Positions 20,673 to 30,575 of a DNA stretch of 64,000 bases are shown one piece after another. Under the pieces are notes generated by a model. That model searched no databases. It was not told the origin of the DNA and saw only the letters and a list, made by a program, of their open reading frames with translations. Within the stretch, counting starts at the first letter, position 1. Each line of letters begins with the position of its first letter. The position numbers and the translations under genes were made by a program. Origin of the DNA: Gemmatimonadaceae bacterium (GTDB lineage: Bacteria > Gemmatimonadota > Gemmatimonadetes > Gemmatimonadales > Gemmatimonadaceae); contig JBHYGA010000004.1 in the NCBI GenBank assembly GCA_051859245.1, positions 932,030 to 996,029 on the forward strand. Reading direction: 5' to 3'.

Positions 20673-20921
20673 CTATCGATTGTCGCGCGCGCGCGGTGCG
20701 GCAACCACGTCGCCGACGCGCGCCTCGTCCAGACCCGCGCCCATCGAGAGCGGTGGATCTTCACGACGCCGAAGTGCGGCTCGCAATCGCCACGACTTGG
20801 TGCCGGCGTTGACATCACGACGCATGATCGGTGCGTCAGTGAGGCGATCGAGCAGCGGCACGGCGGCCGCGAGCAGGATTACAACAACTGCGCTGATAGT
20901 GAGCCACATTTCGGTTGTCAT
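20673..20921 (-). CDS. Small hypothetical protein with N-terminal TM helix
   Basis: 82 aa. ATG start, hydrophobic N-terminus; fills a gap between genes. Confidence 0.45.
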   Translation of the reverse strand: MTTEMWLTISAVVVILLAAAVPLLDRLTDAPIMRRDVNAGTKSWRLRAALRRREDPPLSMGAGLDEARVGDVVAAPRARDNR

Positions 20922-20999
20922 GTTGTGAGATTGTACCCGCTACGCTCGGCGGATGTTCGCCCCTTGCGTACACGCCCTCGCCGAGCCGACCAAGCGCCT

Positions 21000-21107
21000 A
21001 TGCCAGATACGCGACTGCATCGCTCGCCCAGTGCCGACCGCACCATCTGGACGGTGGCCGATCTCGAAGCGCTCCCCGACGACGGGAACCGCTACGAGAC
21101 CTTGCAC
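21000..21107 (+). pseudogene. 5' remnant of a Uma2-family endonuclease gene
   Basis: MPDTRLHRSPSADRTIWTVADLEALPDDGNRYETLH matches the typical Uma2 N-terminus (WT...LPDDGNRYE). The similarity stops where IDG-ELxV would be expected. Confidence 0.65.
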
Positions 21108-21160
21108 TGCCGCCTGTCGACGGCGCGTATCCGCGATCACATCGCGACGAACGCCGGTCG

Positions 21161-21439
21161 CTACGATGTACTGACTTGCGCCGGCGGCTTTGGCGTGCGG
21201 CGCCGATACGAAACAATCGCGGCGACCGCACTGAACGCGCCTGCCACGACAAACAACCACCAGAGCACGTTGGTGTAGCTGGCGTCCACCGGTAGCACCC
21301 GGCGGATCGTGGACGCGGCGCCGAAGAGTGCACCAGCCGCAATCAGCAGTCGCACTCCGGGATGGCTCTTGGCGAATGCGCAATACGCGAGCACAGCGGC
21401 TTGCACGAGCAGGATGCCAAGGTCTATGGGATAGTTCAT
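21161..21439 (-). CDS. Small 3-TM membrane protein
   Basis: ATG 21439 with GGAGG RBS. MNYPIDLGILLVQAAVLAYCAF..., three hydrophobic segments, 92 aa. Confidence 0.65.
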   Translation of the reverse strand: MNYPIDLGILLVQAAVLAYCAFAKSHPGVRLLIAAGALFGAASTIRRVLPVDASYTNVLWWLFVVAGAFSAVAAIVSYRRRTPKPPAQVSTS

Positions 21440-21489
21440 CGCAGCCTCCGTGTGTCGCGGTGCGTCGCGCGGCGCGTTAACGTGGGTGT

Positions 21490-22707
21490 ATGCCTCGCGC
21501 CTACCCTGCGAATCTAGTGGTTCGTGCGTCTGCACGCGCGATGATGGTTACGTGCCTCGCGTGTGTGGCCGCAGTGCAAAGTGCGCACACCCAACCCACC
21601 GTGCGCCTCGGCGCGCCCGTCGCCGCAACGCCGCACGATTTTGTGCAGCCGATCGCAATTCGCGAACTCCCGGACGGCACACTATTGATCTCGGATCAAA
21701 TTGAAAATCGGTTGGTGCACTACAACTTTGCAAACCGCGCAGCAACGGACATCGGGCGCACCGGCAGCGGGCCCGGCGAATACCGAGCGGTTGGGTGGCT
21801 CCACGCGCTCGGCGCTGATTCCTCGCTGCTTACCGATGCGTACACCGGCCGTTGGTTCGTACTTGTCGGGACAAAGATTACGAAAACGTTCGCCGAGCAG
21901 GAGCCTGCAAACCTGCTGTTGCGTGGCAGGCTTGACGGCGCCAGCCGCGACGGCCACGTAATTTCCACGCAGGCTCACATCTACGCCAAGGGAGCGCGAC
22001 GATTTCCATCAACTGCGGATACGTTCGTGCTGATTCGTGCAAACTGGCGAACAGTCGACATCGATACCGTCGCCCGGCTCCTGGGTCCCGGTGACAAGGG
22101 ATACACGCAATTCCTGGCGACGCCGACGCGGCTCAATCATGTGTTCCCAACCAATCCACTTGCTGCGGCAGAAAAGGGATTGTTGCTCCCCGATGGATGG
22201 ATCGCGGTGGCAAGGCTTCGACCGTACCGCGTAGACTGGCGACAACCCAATGGTCAATGGATTCGCGGGACTGCACTTCCCACGTACGTGCCCAGGGCAA
22301 CTACCGCGCGCGACAAATGCTTCACGATTCAAGTGATGGTGGACAAGTTCTCCTGTGAAACCGACACGTTCAACGGATGGCCGGACGTTGTTCCCCCGTT
22401 TGTTCAGCAGGCCAGCAACAGAATTCCCACGCTGTTAGCTGACATCGAAGGCAACGTGCTCGTCGAACGACTTCGAACCGTTGAATCACCGACTCGGCGA
22501 TACGATGTTGTCGATCGGCAGGCGAGAATCAAACGCATCATTCTGTTGGGCCCGAAAGAGCAAATCATCGGTTTCGGTGCGAGGCATGTGTACGTCGTGC
22601 ACACGGATGACGATGATCTCAAGTCGATCCGGAAGCACATGGTGCCTTGGGCCGCTTCGGGAGTCAGAGAGCGAATCCGCGATGCCGCCGCGGCGCGGAG
22701 CCGTTGA
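21490..22707 (+). CDS. Secreted 6-bladed beta-propeller-like protein
   Basis: 405 aa (start may be 21541). Signal-like N-terminus, IGRTGSGPGEY motif, C-terminal YDVVD...VYVVHTDDDDL. Confidence 0.75.
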   Translation: MPRAYPANLVVRASARAMMVTCLACVAAVQSAHTQPTVRLGAPVAATPHDFVQPIAIRELPDGTLLISDQIENRLVHYNFANRAATDIGRTGSGPGEYRAVGWLHALGADSSLLTDAYTGRWFVLVGTKITKTFAEQEPANLLLRGRLDGASRDGHVISTQAHIYAKGARRFPSTADTFVLIRANWRTVDIDTVARLLGPGDKGYTQFLATPTRLNHVFPTNPLAAAEKGLLLPDGWIAVARLRPYRVDWRQPNGQWIRGTALPTYVPRATTARDKCFTIQVMVDKFSCETDTFNGWPDVVPPFVQQASNRIPTLLADIEGNVLVERLRTVESPTRRYDVVDRQARIKRIILLGPKEQIIGFGARHVYVVHTDDDDLKSIRKHMVPWAASGVRERIRDAAAARSR

Positions 22708-23344
22708 CCTTCTGCGAATTTCTACACGTCAGGTAGAACAGCATTTCATCAGCGCGGCGCGCCGCACTAACAATGACCTTGATCGGCCCGGATTTGGGCG
22801 TGATGACCACAACCTGGGTACCGAGATCTGAGCCGATCCACCAATGCTCTTGGACGTCGCCGTCTGGTACGGTCCCTCCCGGCGCGCAGGCCCACCGTTC
22901 GAGTTGCAGCGCGGTAAAGCGCTGATGCAGAGAGTCCACGAGCGCGCGCGCAGCCATTGAGTCCTTGAGAAGCCGATTGTCCCACGTCACGCTTCGAAGT
23001 GAATCGACGGGATGGAAAAACAATCGGATCGAATCGTCTGCGGGCTTGGGTCGCCGAAAAGTGCAGCGCCGAACGACTTCATCGTGGGCAGCCCAGTCTG
23101 GCGCATCCGTGCATGTGGGCACGGGAAACGGTCGCGTCCATTCTTTGACCAGCTGCTCTAGCGGGCTTGTCTGCGCGCTGGAAGTGCGCGTCACCGGAGT
23201 GAGCGCCGCGAGCAATCCGACGGCTACGTATCGCAAAGCGATTTTTACATATTGCGTTGTTCTCATTCTTCCGCTCATACGCAAAAACCTTGTTTTTGTG
23301 CAAGTCGCACGCACTTGGTGACCTGCACCACAATCGGAGTGCAT
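22664..23344 (-). CDS. Hypothetical secreted protein (true start probably ~23266-23278)
   Basis: Signal-like MRTTQYVKIALRYVAVGLLAALTP...SSA|Q followed by a globular-looking sequence. Confidence 0.5.
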   Translation of the reverse strand: MHSDCGAGHQVRATCTKTRFLRMSGRMRTTQYVKIALRYVAVGLLAALTPVTRTSSAQTSPLEQLVKEWTRPFPVPTCTDAPDWAAHDEVVRRCTFRRPKPADDSIRLFFHPVDSLRSVTWDNRLLKDSMAARALVDSLHQRFTALQLERWACAPGGTVPDGDVQEHWWIGSDLGTQVVVITPKSGPIKVIVSAARRADEMLFYLTCRNSQKVNGSAPRRHRGFAL

Positions 23345-23546
23345 GTCAGCCGAAATGTCGACGCTGGTGACGACTTCGTCTCAATCTATCCCAGACTATG
23401 GGCCCCTTTGCGTTCTACAAACGATTCGGGAAAGGTTCGTGACGCGACTCACGTTCTATTCTGATTCCCGTGCGTTAGCGTGAAGCTGTGCTCCACCGCC
23501 GCCGCGACATTCTGAGCGGTAGACGAATCAAATTCAGAGGTGCCCG

Positions 23547-23948
23547 ATGAAAGCTGAGTTACCCCAAAAACGTGCGGGACGGACTGCGTTGTTCGCGATC
23601 GCACTCGCGATCCAAGGCTGCGGCGGTTGTGATCTCGTTGGATGTGTGGAAGGGTTGTTAGTATCGTTCGATTCACCGCCTGCGGCGCCGTGGAAAGCCG
23701 AACTTTTTGTAGATGGCGTGCTCCAGCCCGAGCCAACAGAAGCACGATGCGACGGCACCCGAGAGTGTCCCAATGGCGTGCTGTTTCGTACGTTTGCGCG
23801 TACTGGCGTTTCCGTGCGCATCACCACAAGCACTGGTGAACGCACCACACTGCTTCCGCAGCTTAGCTACGACAAAGGACAGGGAGAACCGAACTGGTGT
23901 GATGAGTGCCGCGGAATGGCAACCGCGTCAGTTCCAGTTCCGGAGTAG
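23547..23948 (+). CDS. Hypothetical Cys-rich lipoprotein
   Basis: 133 aa. Lipobox-like IQGC, multiple Cys pairs. Confidence 0.6.
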   Translation: MKAELPQKRAGRTALFAIALAIQGCGGCDLVGCVEGLLVSFDSPPAAPWKAELFVDGVLQPEPTEARCDGTRECPNGVLFRTFARTGVSVRITTSTGERTTLLPQLSYDKGQGEPNWCDECRGMATASVPVPE

Positions 23949-23993
23949 CGCAAGACAAGTGAGACGGGTTCGGCCTGATAGACACTACGCGTG

Positions 23994-25097
23994 TCACCGC
24001 TGCATCATCGCAAAAACCACCGCCGCCACAACCGCCGCCACAATCACCGCCCCCGCAATCTTCCACGCCGACCACGGGCGGTCGCCTTGCACCTTGCCCG
24101 TCTGTCCGTTCACCACCACGCGGTACGACGTCTCGCCAAACTTGTACGACGCGATCCACACGGGCAGCAACAGGTGCTTGAACTGAATCGCCCCGTAGTG
24201 CGTGTCAATGTTGAACACACGCTGCTGATGCCCGCCAATATCCGCGCGCACCGCACCGTCAATCGCGCTCGCGAATCGCTCCTGCGCTTCAGCGAAGCCC
24301 GCCTCAAGCCCCACCTGATACGCCTCAACGGTAAATCCCGCCATGTAATCATCAGCCGGCGGTACCAGCTTTGACGTGTCCCACCCTTCGAGCACACCCG
24401 CGAGATGTTTCGGAATGCTGTGCGACGCAAGCACGAGTTCGTCGTCAAACATCACGGACACACGCCCTTGCGCGTGATACCAGTCGGTTTCAATGCGCGT
24501 GTACTGCTCCAGCTGCCCCTGCGAGTTGCGACGCGTATCAGTGACCGTGCGATTGATGCCACGCTGCCCCGTGTAATCACTCGTGGTTTCCGCATCGAAC
24601 GTCCAGCAGGGCACATACACACCACGCACACCCTGCGCTGACTTTACCGTGTGCTTGAGCGCGTTCGGCGCAAACCAGCGGCCAGCAATCCAGTTGCGGA
24701 ACAGCTCCTGCGCACTCGACGGTTCCAGCGCAAACGGCACCACACCACGCGGTTTGATCTGACGCTCCGCATGCGCCTTTACGGACACCATGGGCGATGC
24801 ACAAAACGCGCAGTGCGACGCGACCACGTTCGGATCAAACACCGTTTGCGCACCACACTGCGGACAATCCACAATCTGCTGCACGAGCGCGGGCTCATTG
24901 CCGGCCTGCCGCTGCAAGTGCTCGCGGAAATCGAGTTCTTCGTGCGCCTCGGCGAGCAGCGCGTCGTCAAAGGCGGGCAGATCGTTACTCGTGCCACACG
25001 TGGCGCACGAGAGTCGACCGACGCCGGGCGCAAACGTGAGCGACGCCCCGCAGTTTGAACACGGAAACGCACGCCCAGCCATGGGCGTGTTCGTCAC
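23994..25097 (-). CDS. Multi zinc-ribbon protein with C-terminal TM anchor
   Basis: 367 aa. CSNC/CATC and CPQC/CAFC pairs, GVYVPCWTFD, LLLPVWI, VNGQTGKVQGDRP, C-terminal TM. Confidence 0.8.
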   Translation of the reverse strand: MTNTPMAGRAFPCSNCGASLTFAPGVGRLSCATCGTSNDLPAFDDALLAEAHEELDFREHLQRQAGNEPALVQQIVDCPQCGAQTVFDPNVVASHCAFCASPMVSVKAHAERQIKPRGVVPFALEPSSAQELFRNWIAGRWFAPNALKHTVKSAQGVRGVYVPCWTFDAETTSDYTGQRGINRTVTDTRRNSQGQLEQYTRIETDWYHAQGRVSVMFDDELVLASHSIPKHLAGVLEGWDTSKLVPPADDYMAGFTVEAYQVGLEAGFAEAQERFASAIDGAVRADIGGHQQRVFNIDTHYGAIQFKHLLLPVWIASYKFGETSYRVVVNGQTGKVQGDRPWSAWKIAGAVIVAAVVAAVVFAMMQR

Positions 25098-25246
25098 GGA
25101 TCCACAGGCTCCTGCTTGCGAGCGTCGCTGCTGAACTGCATGATGCGATTCTCCCAGCCGCCAACGGCGGACTTACAAGTAGTTGTGATGGTCTGCACAC
25201 GACGTCACACGGCTCCCACCATCCGCATGTTCCGCGGGGACCTAAC

Positions 25247-27043
25247 ATGAACTTAAGCCGAACTCGCCGCAGCAGCACGGCCGGTCTGCTCGCTCCATTT
25301 CTGCGCATCTCTCAGACGCGCGTTCGGTCCTCGTCACTGGCTCGAGCGCTTGTGCTCGTACCAGCCCTGGCTTTTGGCGTTGCGTGTTCGCGCCCGCCCG
25401 CATCGCCAGTTCCCGCCAACGTGGTGCTCAGCGAAACGCAGAGCACACGCGGCATGGTGGTGTCGGCGAGTGCGATTGCCAGCAACGCCGGTCGGGATGT
25501 GCTCGCAGCGGGTGGCAACGCGGTAGACGCGGCCGTTGCCACGGGCCTCGCACTCGCGGTGACCTATCCCACCGCCGGCAACATTGGTGGCGGCGGATTC
25601 ATGGTGATTCGTTTTCCCGACGGGCGCGCCACCACGCTGGATTTCCGTGAAATGGCGCCGGCCGCGTCTTCGCCGAACATGTTCGTCGATTCTACGGGCG
25701 CGTATTCCGCGTCGCGTCACCACAACACGCACATTGCCGTTGGCGTGCCGGGCACGGTGGCGGGGTTCGCGATGGCGCACAGCAAGTACGGATCGCGCGA
25801 ATGGAAGTCGCTGGTAGAACCGGCGGTGCGTTTGGCGAGCGACGGGTTTGTTGTGCCTGAGGGATTGGCGGGTTCGCTGCGTGGCACGCGCAACAAACTC
25901 GCGCGCTATCCCGCGTCACTCGCGGCGTACTACAAAAATGGTGAACCGTACGCGGCTGGTGATCGGCTTGTACTCGCGGATCTTGGTCGCACGCTTGAGC
26001 GTATTCGGGACAACGGGCGCGACGGATTTTATACGGGTGAAACCGCGCGGTTGATTGTTGCGGAAATGCAGCGAGGCGGCGGCTTGATCACTGCGAAGGA
26101 TCTGGCGGGATACCAGGCGAAGGAGCGGCCGGCCGTGCGCGGCACGTATCGCGGATTTGAGATCATCTCCATGCCACCGCCAAGTTCAGGTGGTGTGGCC
26201 ATGATTCAGATGCTGAACATTCTTGAAGGCTATGACCTCAAGAGTGCAGGGCACAACTCGCCGCGGTACATCCATCTGGTCACGGAGAGCATGCGTCGAG
26301 CGTTTCGCGATCGGGCGCAGCACATTGGCGATCCCGATTTTGTGAAGCCGCCGGTCGACAAGCTCACGAGCAAGGCGTACGCAACGGAGCTGCGCAAAAC
26401 GATTGACGAAAACCGTGCGTCGGTTTCGCGCTCAACGGAGCTGGTTGCTGATTACGAGAGTGACGAGACCACGCACTACTCCGTGGTTGATGCCAACGGT
26501 ATGGCGGTGTCTGTCACGTACACGCTTGAGGCGGGATACGGACTCGGCGCCGTAGTCGCGGGCGCGGGCTTCTTGCTGAACAACGAGATGGGCGACTTTA
26601 ACGGCAAGCCTGGTCTTACCGACAGCACCGGTTTGATTGGCACCGCCGCAAACGTAGCGCGCCCCGGTAAACGCATGGTGTCGAGCATGACGCCGGCAAT
26701 CGTGGCGAAAGACGGCAAACTGGTCGCGGTAACCGGAAGTCCTGGTGGTCGCACGATCATCAACACCGTGTTGCAAATCGTGCTCAACGTGACCGAGTTC
26801 AACATGCCAATCGACAGCGCGGTTGCCGCAGCGCGCATTCATCACCAGTGGTTGCCCGATCGTCTCAGCATTGAAGGCGACGGTGTACCGGCGTCAACTG
26901 TGAGTGCACTGCAAGCGATGGGACACACTGTGCGAATGGGCGGGCGACAGGGCACCGCGCATTCCATTCATGTCGATAGTCGCGGTGTGCGCACTGGTGC
27001 GCCGGACAAGCGCGATCGTGATGCGGGGGCGGCGAAGCAGTAG
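25247..27043 (+). CDS. ggt: Gamma-glutamyltransferase
   Basis: GGNAVDAAVA, GNIGGGGF, DFRE, autocleavage site E|TTHYSVVD, LNNEMGDF, SSMTP, GSPGG. Start placed at ATG 25247. Confidence 0.95.
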   Translation: MNLSRTRRSSTAGLLAPFLRISQTRVRSSSLARALVLVPALAFGVACSRPPASPVPANVVLSETQSTRGMVVSASAIASNAGRDVLAAGGNAVDAAVATGLALAVTYPTAGNIGGGGFMVIRFPDGRATTLDFREMAPAASSPNMFVDSTGAYSASRHHNTHIAVGVPGTVAGFAMAHSKYGSREWKSLVEPAVRLASDGFVVPEGLAGSLRGTRNKLARYPASLAAYYKNGEPYAAGDRLVLADLGRTLERIRDNGRDGFYTGETARLIVAEMQRGGGLITAKDLAGYQAKERPAVRGTYRGFEIISMPPPSSGGVAMIQMLNILEGYDLKSAGHNSPRYIHLVTESMRRAFRDRAQHIGDPDFVKPPVDKLTSKAYATELRKTIDENRASVSRSTELVADYESDETTHYSVVDANGMAVSVTYTLEAGYGLGAVVAGAGFLLNNEMGDFNGKPGLTDSTGLIGTAANVARPGKRMVSSMTPAIVAKDGKLVAVTGSPGGRTIINTVLQIVLNVTEFNMPIDSAVAAARIHHQWLPDRLSIEGDGVPASTVSALQAMGHTVRMGGRQGTAHSIHVDSRGVRTGAPDKRDRDAGAAKQ

Positions 27044-27064
27044 CTGGGTCGCGCTGCGCGGAAA

Positions 27065-27175
27065 TCTATACATATTCTCCTTGACATGTATAGATAATAG
27101 CATAATCTATACATTATGACTAATAATGTATAGAAAACGAATCTTATCTATACATAATAGATTCGACATGTATAG
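27065..27175. promoter_or_regulatory. Array of six alternating half-sites (TCTATACAT / ATGTATAG[A]) with overlapping sigma70-like promoter upstream of fic
   Basis: Half-sites start at 27065, 27086, 27106, 27126, 27147 and 27168. TTGACA at 27081 and TAATCT at 27103. Very AT-rich against a GC-rich background. Confidence 0.8.
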
Positions 27176-27194
27176 CCGGTAGCCCATCTCAGTC

Positions 27195-28328
27195 ATGACT
27201 GACAGCGATCCCGAGGTCGGCGGTGCCCTCGACTCCAGGCGGAGACTCGGACCGCTGACGCGCCTGAGCCCGGCGATGTTCGAAGGCCGCGCCGTGCTGA
27301 AAAAAACGGCCACGGCGAGCCGAAAACTGGCCGAGCTCAAAGGGCTGGCCGCGTCGATCCCGAACCAGGGCATTCTCGTCAACACCTTGGCGCTACAAGA
27401 AGCCAAAGACAGCTCGGCGATCGAAAACATTGTCACCACACATGACGAACTTTTCCGCGGAGCAACCTACCCGGATCTGGCGGCGACGCCTGCGGCAAAA
27501 GAGGTGCGCTACTACGCGCACGCATTGCGCGCTGGCTACGAACTGGTTCGCGAACACGGGCTGCTGACATCCAATCACATGCTGGCAATTCAGGCCGCGC
27601 TGGAACAGAGTGATGCCGGCTTTCGCAGACTGCCTGGAACGACGCTGAAGGACGGTGCAGGACGTGTTGTATACACGCCTCCGCAACAGCACGGCGAAAT
27701 TGTTGAGCTGATGAGTGATCTGGAAACGTTTCTCAACGACGCCGCCGCGTTTGAAGCGGACCCACTGATCAAGATGGCAATCGCGCATCACCAGTTCGAA
27801 AGCATCCATCCGTTCTACGATGGCAATGGGCGAACGGGACGCATCGTAAACGTGTTGTATTTGGTGAATACGGGACTGCTCGATATTCCTGTGCTCTACC
27901 TCAGCAGCTACATCGTGCGCAACAAGCCTGAGTACTATCGACTGCTGCAGGCCGTGCGTGACAGTGGTGATGCGCCCGCTGTCTGGGAAGCGTGGGTGAT
28001 GTACGTACTAAATGCGGTTGAGACCACGGCGCAGCAGAGCATTCAAACAATCAGCGACATGAAGGTCGCGCTCCTTGACTACAAACACCGCATCCGTGCG
28101 AGCTTCAAATTCTATAGTCAGGATCTCATCAACAACCTGTTCATGCACCCCTACACCAGAATCGAATTTATCGAGCGTGACTTGAACGTGTCGCGGCTGA
28201 CCGCCACGAAGTACCTCGATGCGTTGGCAACCGCAGGATTTGTAGAGAAGAGGAAAGTCGGACGATCGAGCTACTACATCAACTCGGCGTTGAATGCAAT
28301 TCTGACGCGAGGCGACGTCAGCGCTTGA
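27195..28328 (+). CDS. Class II Fic-family AMP transferase with C-terminal winged helix (SoFic-like architecture)
   Basis: 377 aa. Canonical HPFYDGNGRTGR, N-terminal inhibitory SSAIEN (SxxxEN), C-terminal LNVSRLTATKYLDAL...KVGRSSYY wHTH. Confidence 0.92.
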   Translation: MTDSDPEVGGALDSRRRLGPLTRLSPAMFEGRAVLKKTATASRKLAELKGLAASIPNQGILVNTLALQEAKDSSAIENIVTTHDELFRGATYPDLAATPAAKEVRYYAHALRAGYELVREHGLLTSNHMLAIQAALEQSDAGFRRLPGTTLKDGAGRVVYTPPQQHGEIVELMSDLETFLNDAAAFEADPLIKMAIAHHQFESIHPFYDGNGRTGRIVNVLYLVNTGLLDIPVLYLSSYIVRNKPEYYRLLQAVRDSGDAPAVWEAWVMYVLNAVETTAQQSIQTISDMKVALLDYKHRIRASFKFYSQDLINNLFMHPYTRIEFIERDLNVSRLTATKYLDALATAGFVEKRKVGRSSYYINSALNAILTRGDVSA

Positions 28329-28336
28329 CGCGCTCC

Positions 28337-29839
28337 CTACCGCCGCACCACGCGCATCGTTGCAATCCGATCGCCTTCCAGAATCCCGTCAACCACCTCG
28401 ATCCCCTCGGTCACTTCCGCAAACACGGTGTAGTCGCGATTCAGTCGCAGATTATCGCGCACGTTAAAGAACCACTGAGCATCACCCGTATCGTGACCAC
28501 GCGTGCTCATGCCCACCGTGCCGCGCACGTGCGGCACCGTGCCGAGTTCGTCGCGCAGGAACGTTGACAACCCCACGTATTCGTTCGCGCCGGGCCCGCC
28601 GCCTTGCACCACAAAGTCGTGCTCTACGCGGTGCCACTTGAGTCCGTCGTAATATTTCGCGTCCACCAGATCGAGCACGCGCGAGGCCATCATTGGCGCG
28701 GCGTCTCCGCGCATGCGCACGACAAACGAACCGCCACCGCTCGCGGCGTCCATGGTCACGCGCACGTGAATCACTTCGCCGAGCACAAGCGGCACCGCGC
28801 GCGACGGTAAACTCGCAAAACGTGGCGCCGCGATATCCTCGCTGCTATCGCGCCTTGCCGCCGCGAGCAGCGCGAGACGCACATCACGCGCAGATGCATT
28901 CGCGCGTGCGACCCAGCGCGCGTGCGCCGCGTTCGCGCGAGCCGCAACATCGGTGCGTGGTGAGCCGGCGAGCGCCAGCGCCGCAGCACGAGCAACCTGC
29001 GCCGCCGTGTCGTCAATCGCCGCGAGATAAAGCTCGTCGTCTGTGTGCCCCACCAACTTTTGCAGCGACTCAATGGCCAGCTCGCGCACGTTGGCGTTTG
29101 CATCGCGCACGAACCCACGAAGGGTCACCGTATCTGACAACTGAGCGGCCGCACGCGCGACGTACTCGCGAAGCTCGGGCTGCGAATGCGACGCAAGTTT
29201 ACTCACACGCGAGCGCGCTTCATTGGGCGCAATCCGCGACAACGCGACTAGTGCATGCGCCGCACCATGCCACGACACGTTGCCCGCCGAGCGCCGCGAC
29301 GCATCAGCCGGCACCTCATCAACCCATCGCTGTAACAGCGCGAGAGTACCTGCGTCCGCTGCGCAGGCCGCGGAGAGCAGGGCCATCGCGCGAAACCGCA
29401 CCGGCCACACGCTGTCGTTGAGCGCGGTACGCAGCACGCCACAATCGTTGCGTTGCGCGGTGAGCGCGCGAAGCCGCAAGCGCCACGCCGGATCCGCGTA
29501 CACCGATGGCGCGGGATTTGGCGTGACCGCGGGCAACGAATCGCGCCGCGCGAACTGCGGATCACGAATGCGTTCCGCGGCGCGCTCGGCGATTGCACGC
29601 ACACGCGCATTCGTGTGTCCTTTGCCCGCGGCGATCGACGGGTCAGCAGCACTACGCGCATCTTCCGCGAGCAGAATGCGACCCACGAGTGCGGAGTCAG
29701 TCGAAGAAAGCGCGCCGGACTGCGCCAGCAGCGTGCGCAGAGACGTCACAGAGGTGAGCAGTACACCGAGCGCGATATACGCAGCAGCACGAAATGCCGT
29801 GCGACCGGCTACGGAACGAACGATCAGCGATGTACGCAT
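28337..29839 (-). CDS. Secreted HEAT-repeat + cyclophilin-type peptidyl-prolyl isomerase
   Basis: Start set at ATG 29839 (signal peptide). Ala-rich HEAT helices, then YYDGLKWHRVEHDFVVQGG...RGTVGM...DAQWFF...YTVFAEV. Confidence 0.85.
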   Translation of the reverse strand: MRTSLIVRSVAGRTAFRAAAYIALGVLLTSVTSLRTLLAQSGALSSTDSALVGRILLAEDARSAADPSIAAGKGHTNARVRAIAERAAERIRDPQFARRDSLPAVTPNPAPSVYADPAWRLRLRALTAQRNDCGVLRTALNDSVWPVRFRAMALLSAACAADAGTLALLQRWVDEVPADASRRSAGNVSWHGAAHALVALSRIAPNEARSRVSKLASHSQPELREYVARAAAQLSDTVTLRGFVRDANANVRELAIESLQKLVGHTDDELYLAAIDDTAAQVARAAALALAGSPRTDVAARANAAHARWVARANASARDVRLALLAAARRDSSEDIAAPRFASLPSRAVPLVLGEVIHVRVTMDAASGGGSFVVRMRGDAAPMMASRVLDLVDAKYYDGLKWHRVEHDFVVQGGGPGANEYVGLSTFLRDELGTVPHVRGTVGMSTRGHDTGDAQWFFNVRDNLRLNRDYTVFAEVTEGIEVVDGILEGDRIATMRVVRR

Positions 29840-29909
29840 TGCAGGGGGAGTTCGGAGGGCGTAAGGCAATACGTGTGGAAACGCGGCCGAGCCGCCGCGG
29901 ATCAGAATA

Positions 29910-30572
29910 CTACTGTCCCTTCCGCGCCGCGTGCATCGCCGCCTGCAGCTCAAGATCCGGCAAGACCCGGCGCAAGACGGCATCAATGCGCTGCAGCCGC
30001 TCCTGCGGAGACCGTTCCGCCAGCACCGCCTGCCGCTCTTCGAGATCAAAGTCAATCATGGACGCAATCGCAAAACTCAGCTGCGCGCCATCGTCCGGCA
30101 ATGCGGGCGGTGGATCACTCTCATCGTTCAGCGTTTGCACGGCCTTCACAATGCGCCGGAAGTTGGAGATCACATCGTCACTTAACACCGCAAGCGCGAC
30201 GGGTGACGAGACGGCCGTATCGCCGATCAGCGTGACGTCGGCCACGTGGTAGGGCGTCTCCTGCTCAACAAAACGATCCAGCACAAAACGCTCGCGCCCA
30301 AGAATCAGAATATTCGAGCGTCCGTCTTCGAGCGTTTCTGATTCCGTGACTTCCGCCACGCAGCCCACGCGTCCCGGCGGAAGATCGCGCTCCGACACAC
30401 CGGGAATGGCACACAGTAATCCGAACTGACGGTCGCTCTTGCTGATATCGAGTAACATCTGTCGATACCGCGGCTCAAAAAGATGCAGAGGCACCGTGGT
30501 GCCAGGAAACAGCACCATACCAAGCGGAAAAATCGGCAGCGAGCGAGATGTCACAAGGAACCGCGTGTGCAA
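29910..30572 (-). CDS. LON peptidase substrate-binding (LON-N) domain protein, stand-alone
   Basis: LPIFPLGMVLFPG...PLHLFEPRYRQM, VGCVAEV, DGRSNI; no AAA or protease domain. Start may be GTG 30554. Confidence 0.9.
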   Translation of the reverse strand: MHTRFLVTSRSLPIFPLGMVLFPGTTVPLHLFEPRYRQMLLDISKSDRQFGLLCAIPGVSERDLPPGRVGCVAEVTESETLEDGRSNILILGRERFVLDRFVEQETPYHVADVTLIGDTAVSSPVALAVLSDDVISNFRRIVKAVQTLNDESDPPPALPDDGAQLSFAIASMIDFDLEERQAVLAERSPQERLQRIDAVLRRVLPDLELQAAMHAARKGQ

Positions 30573-30575
30573 AGG

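Noticed and set aside
20586..21278. 230-aa ORF as a real gene
   Set aside because: It overlaps better-supported genes; only the internal ~36 codons look homologous (Uma2 remnant).
23994..25097. 'Primosomal protein N'/helicase' label often given to this family
   Set aside because: No helicase Walker or DExH motifs; only zinc ribbons.
27065..27175. Mini-CRISPR interpretation of the fic upstream array
   Set aside because: Repeats are only 9 bp, alternate in orientation and have 11-12-bp gaps; no cas genes are present.
27044..28336. fic region as a mobile element
   Set aside because: It appears compositionally distinct, but no terminal repeats, target duplication or recombinase were seen.
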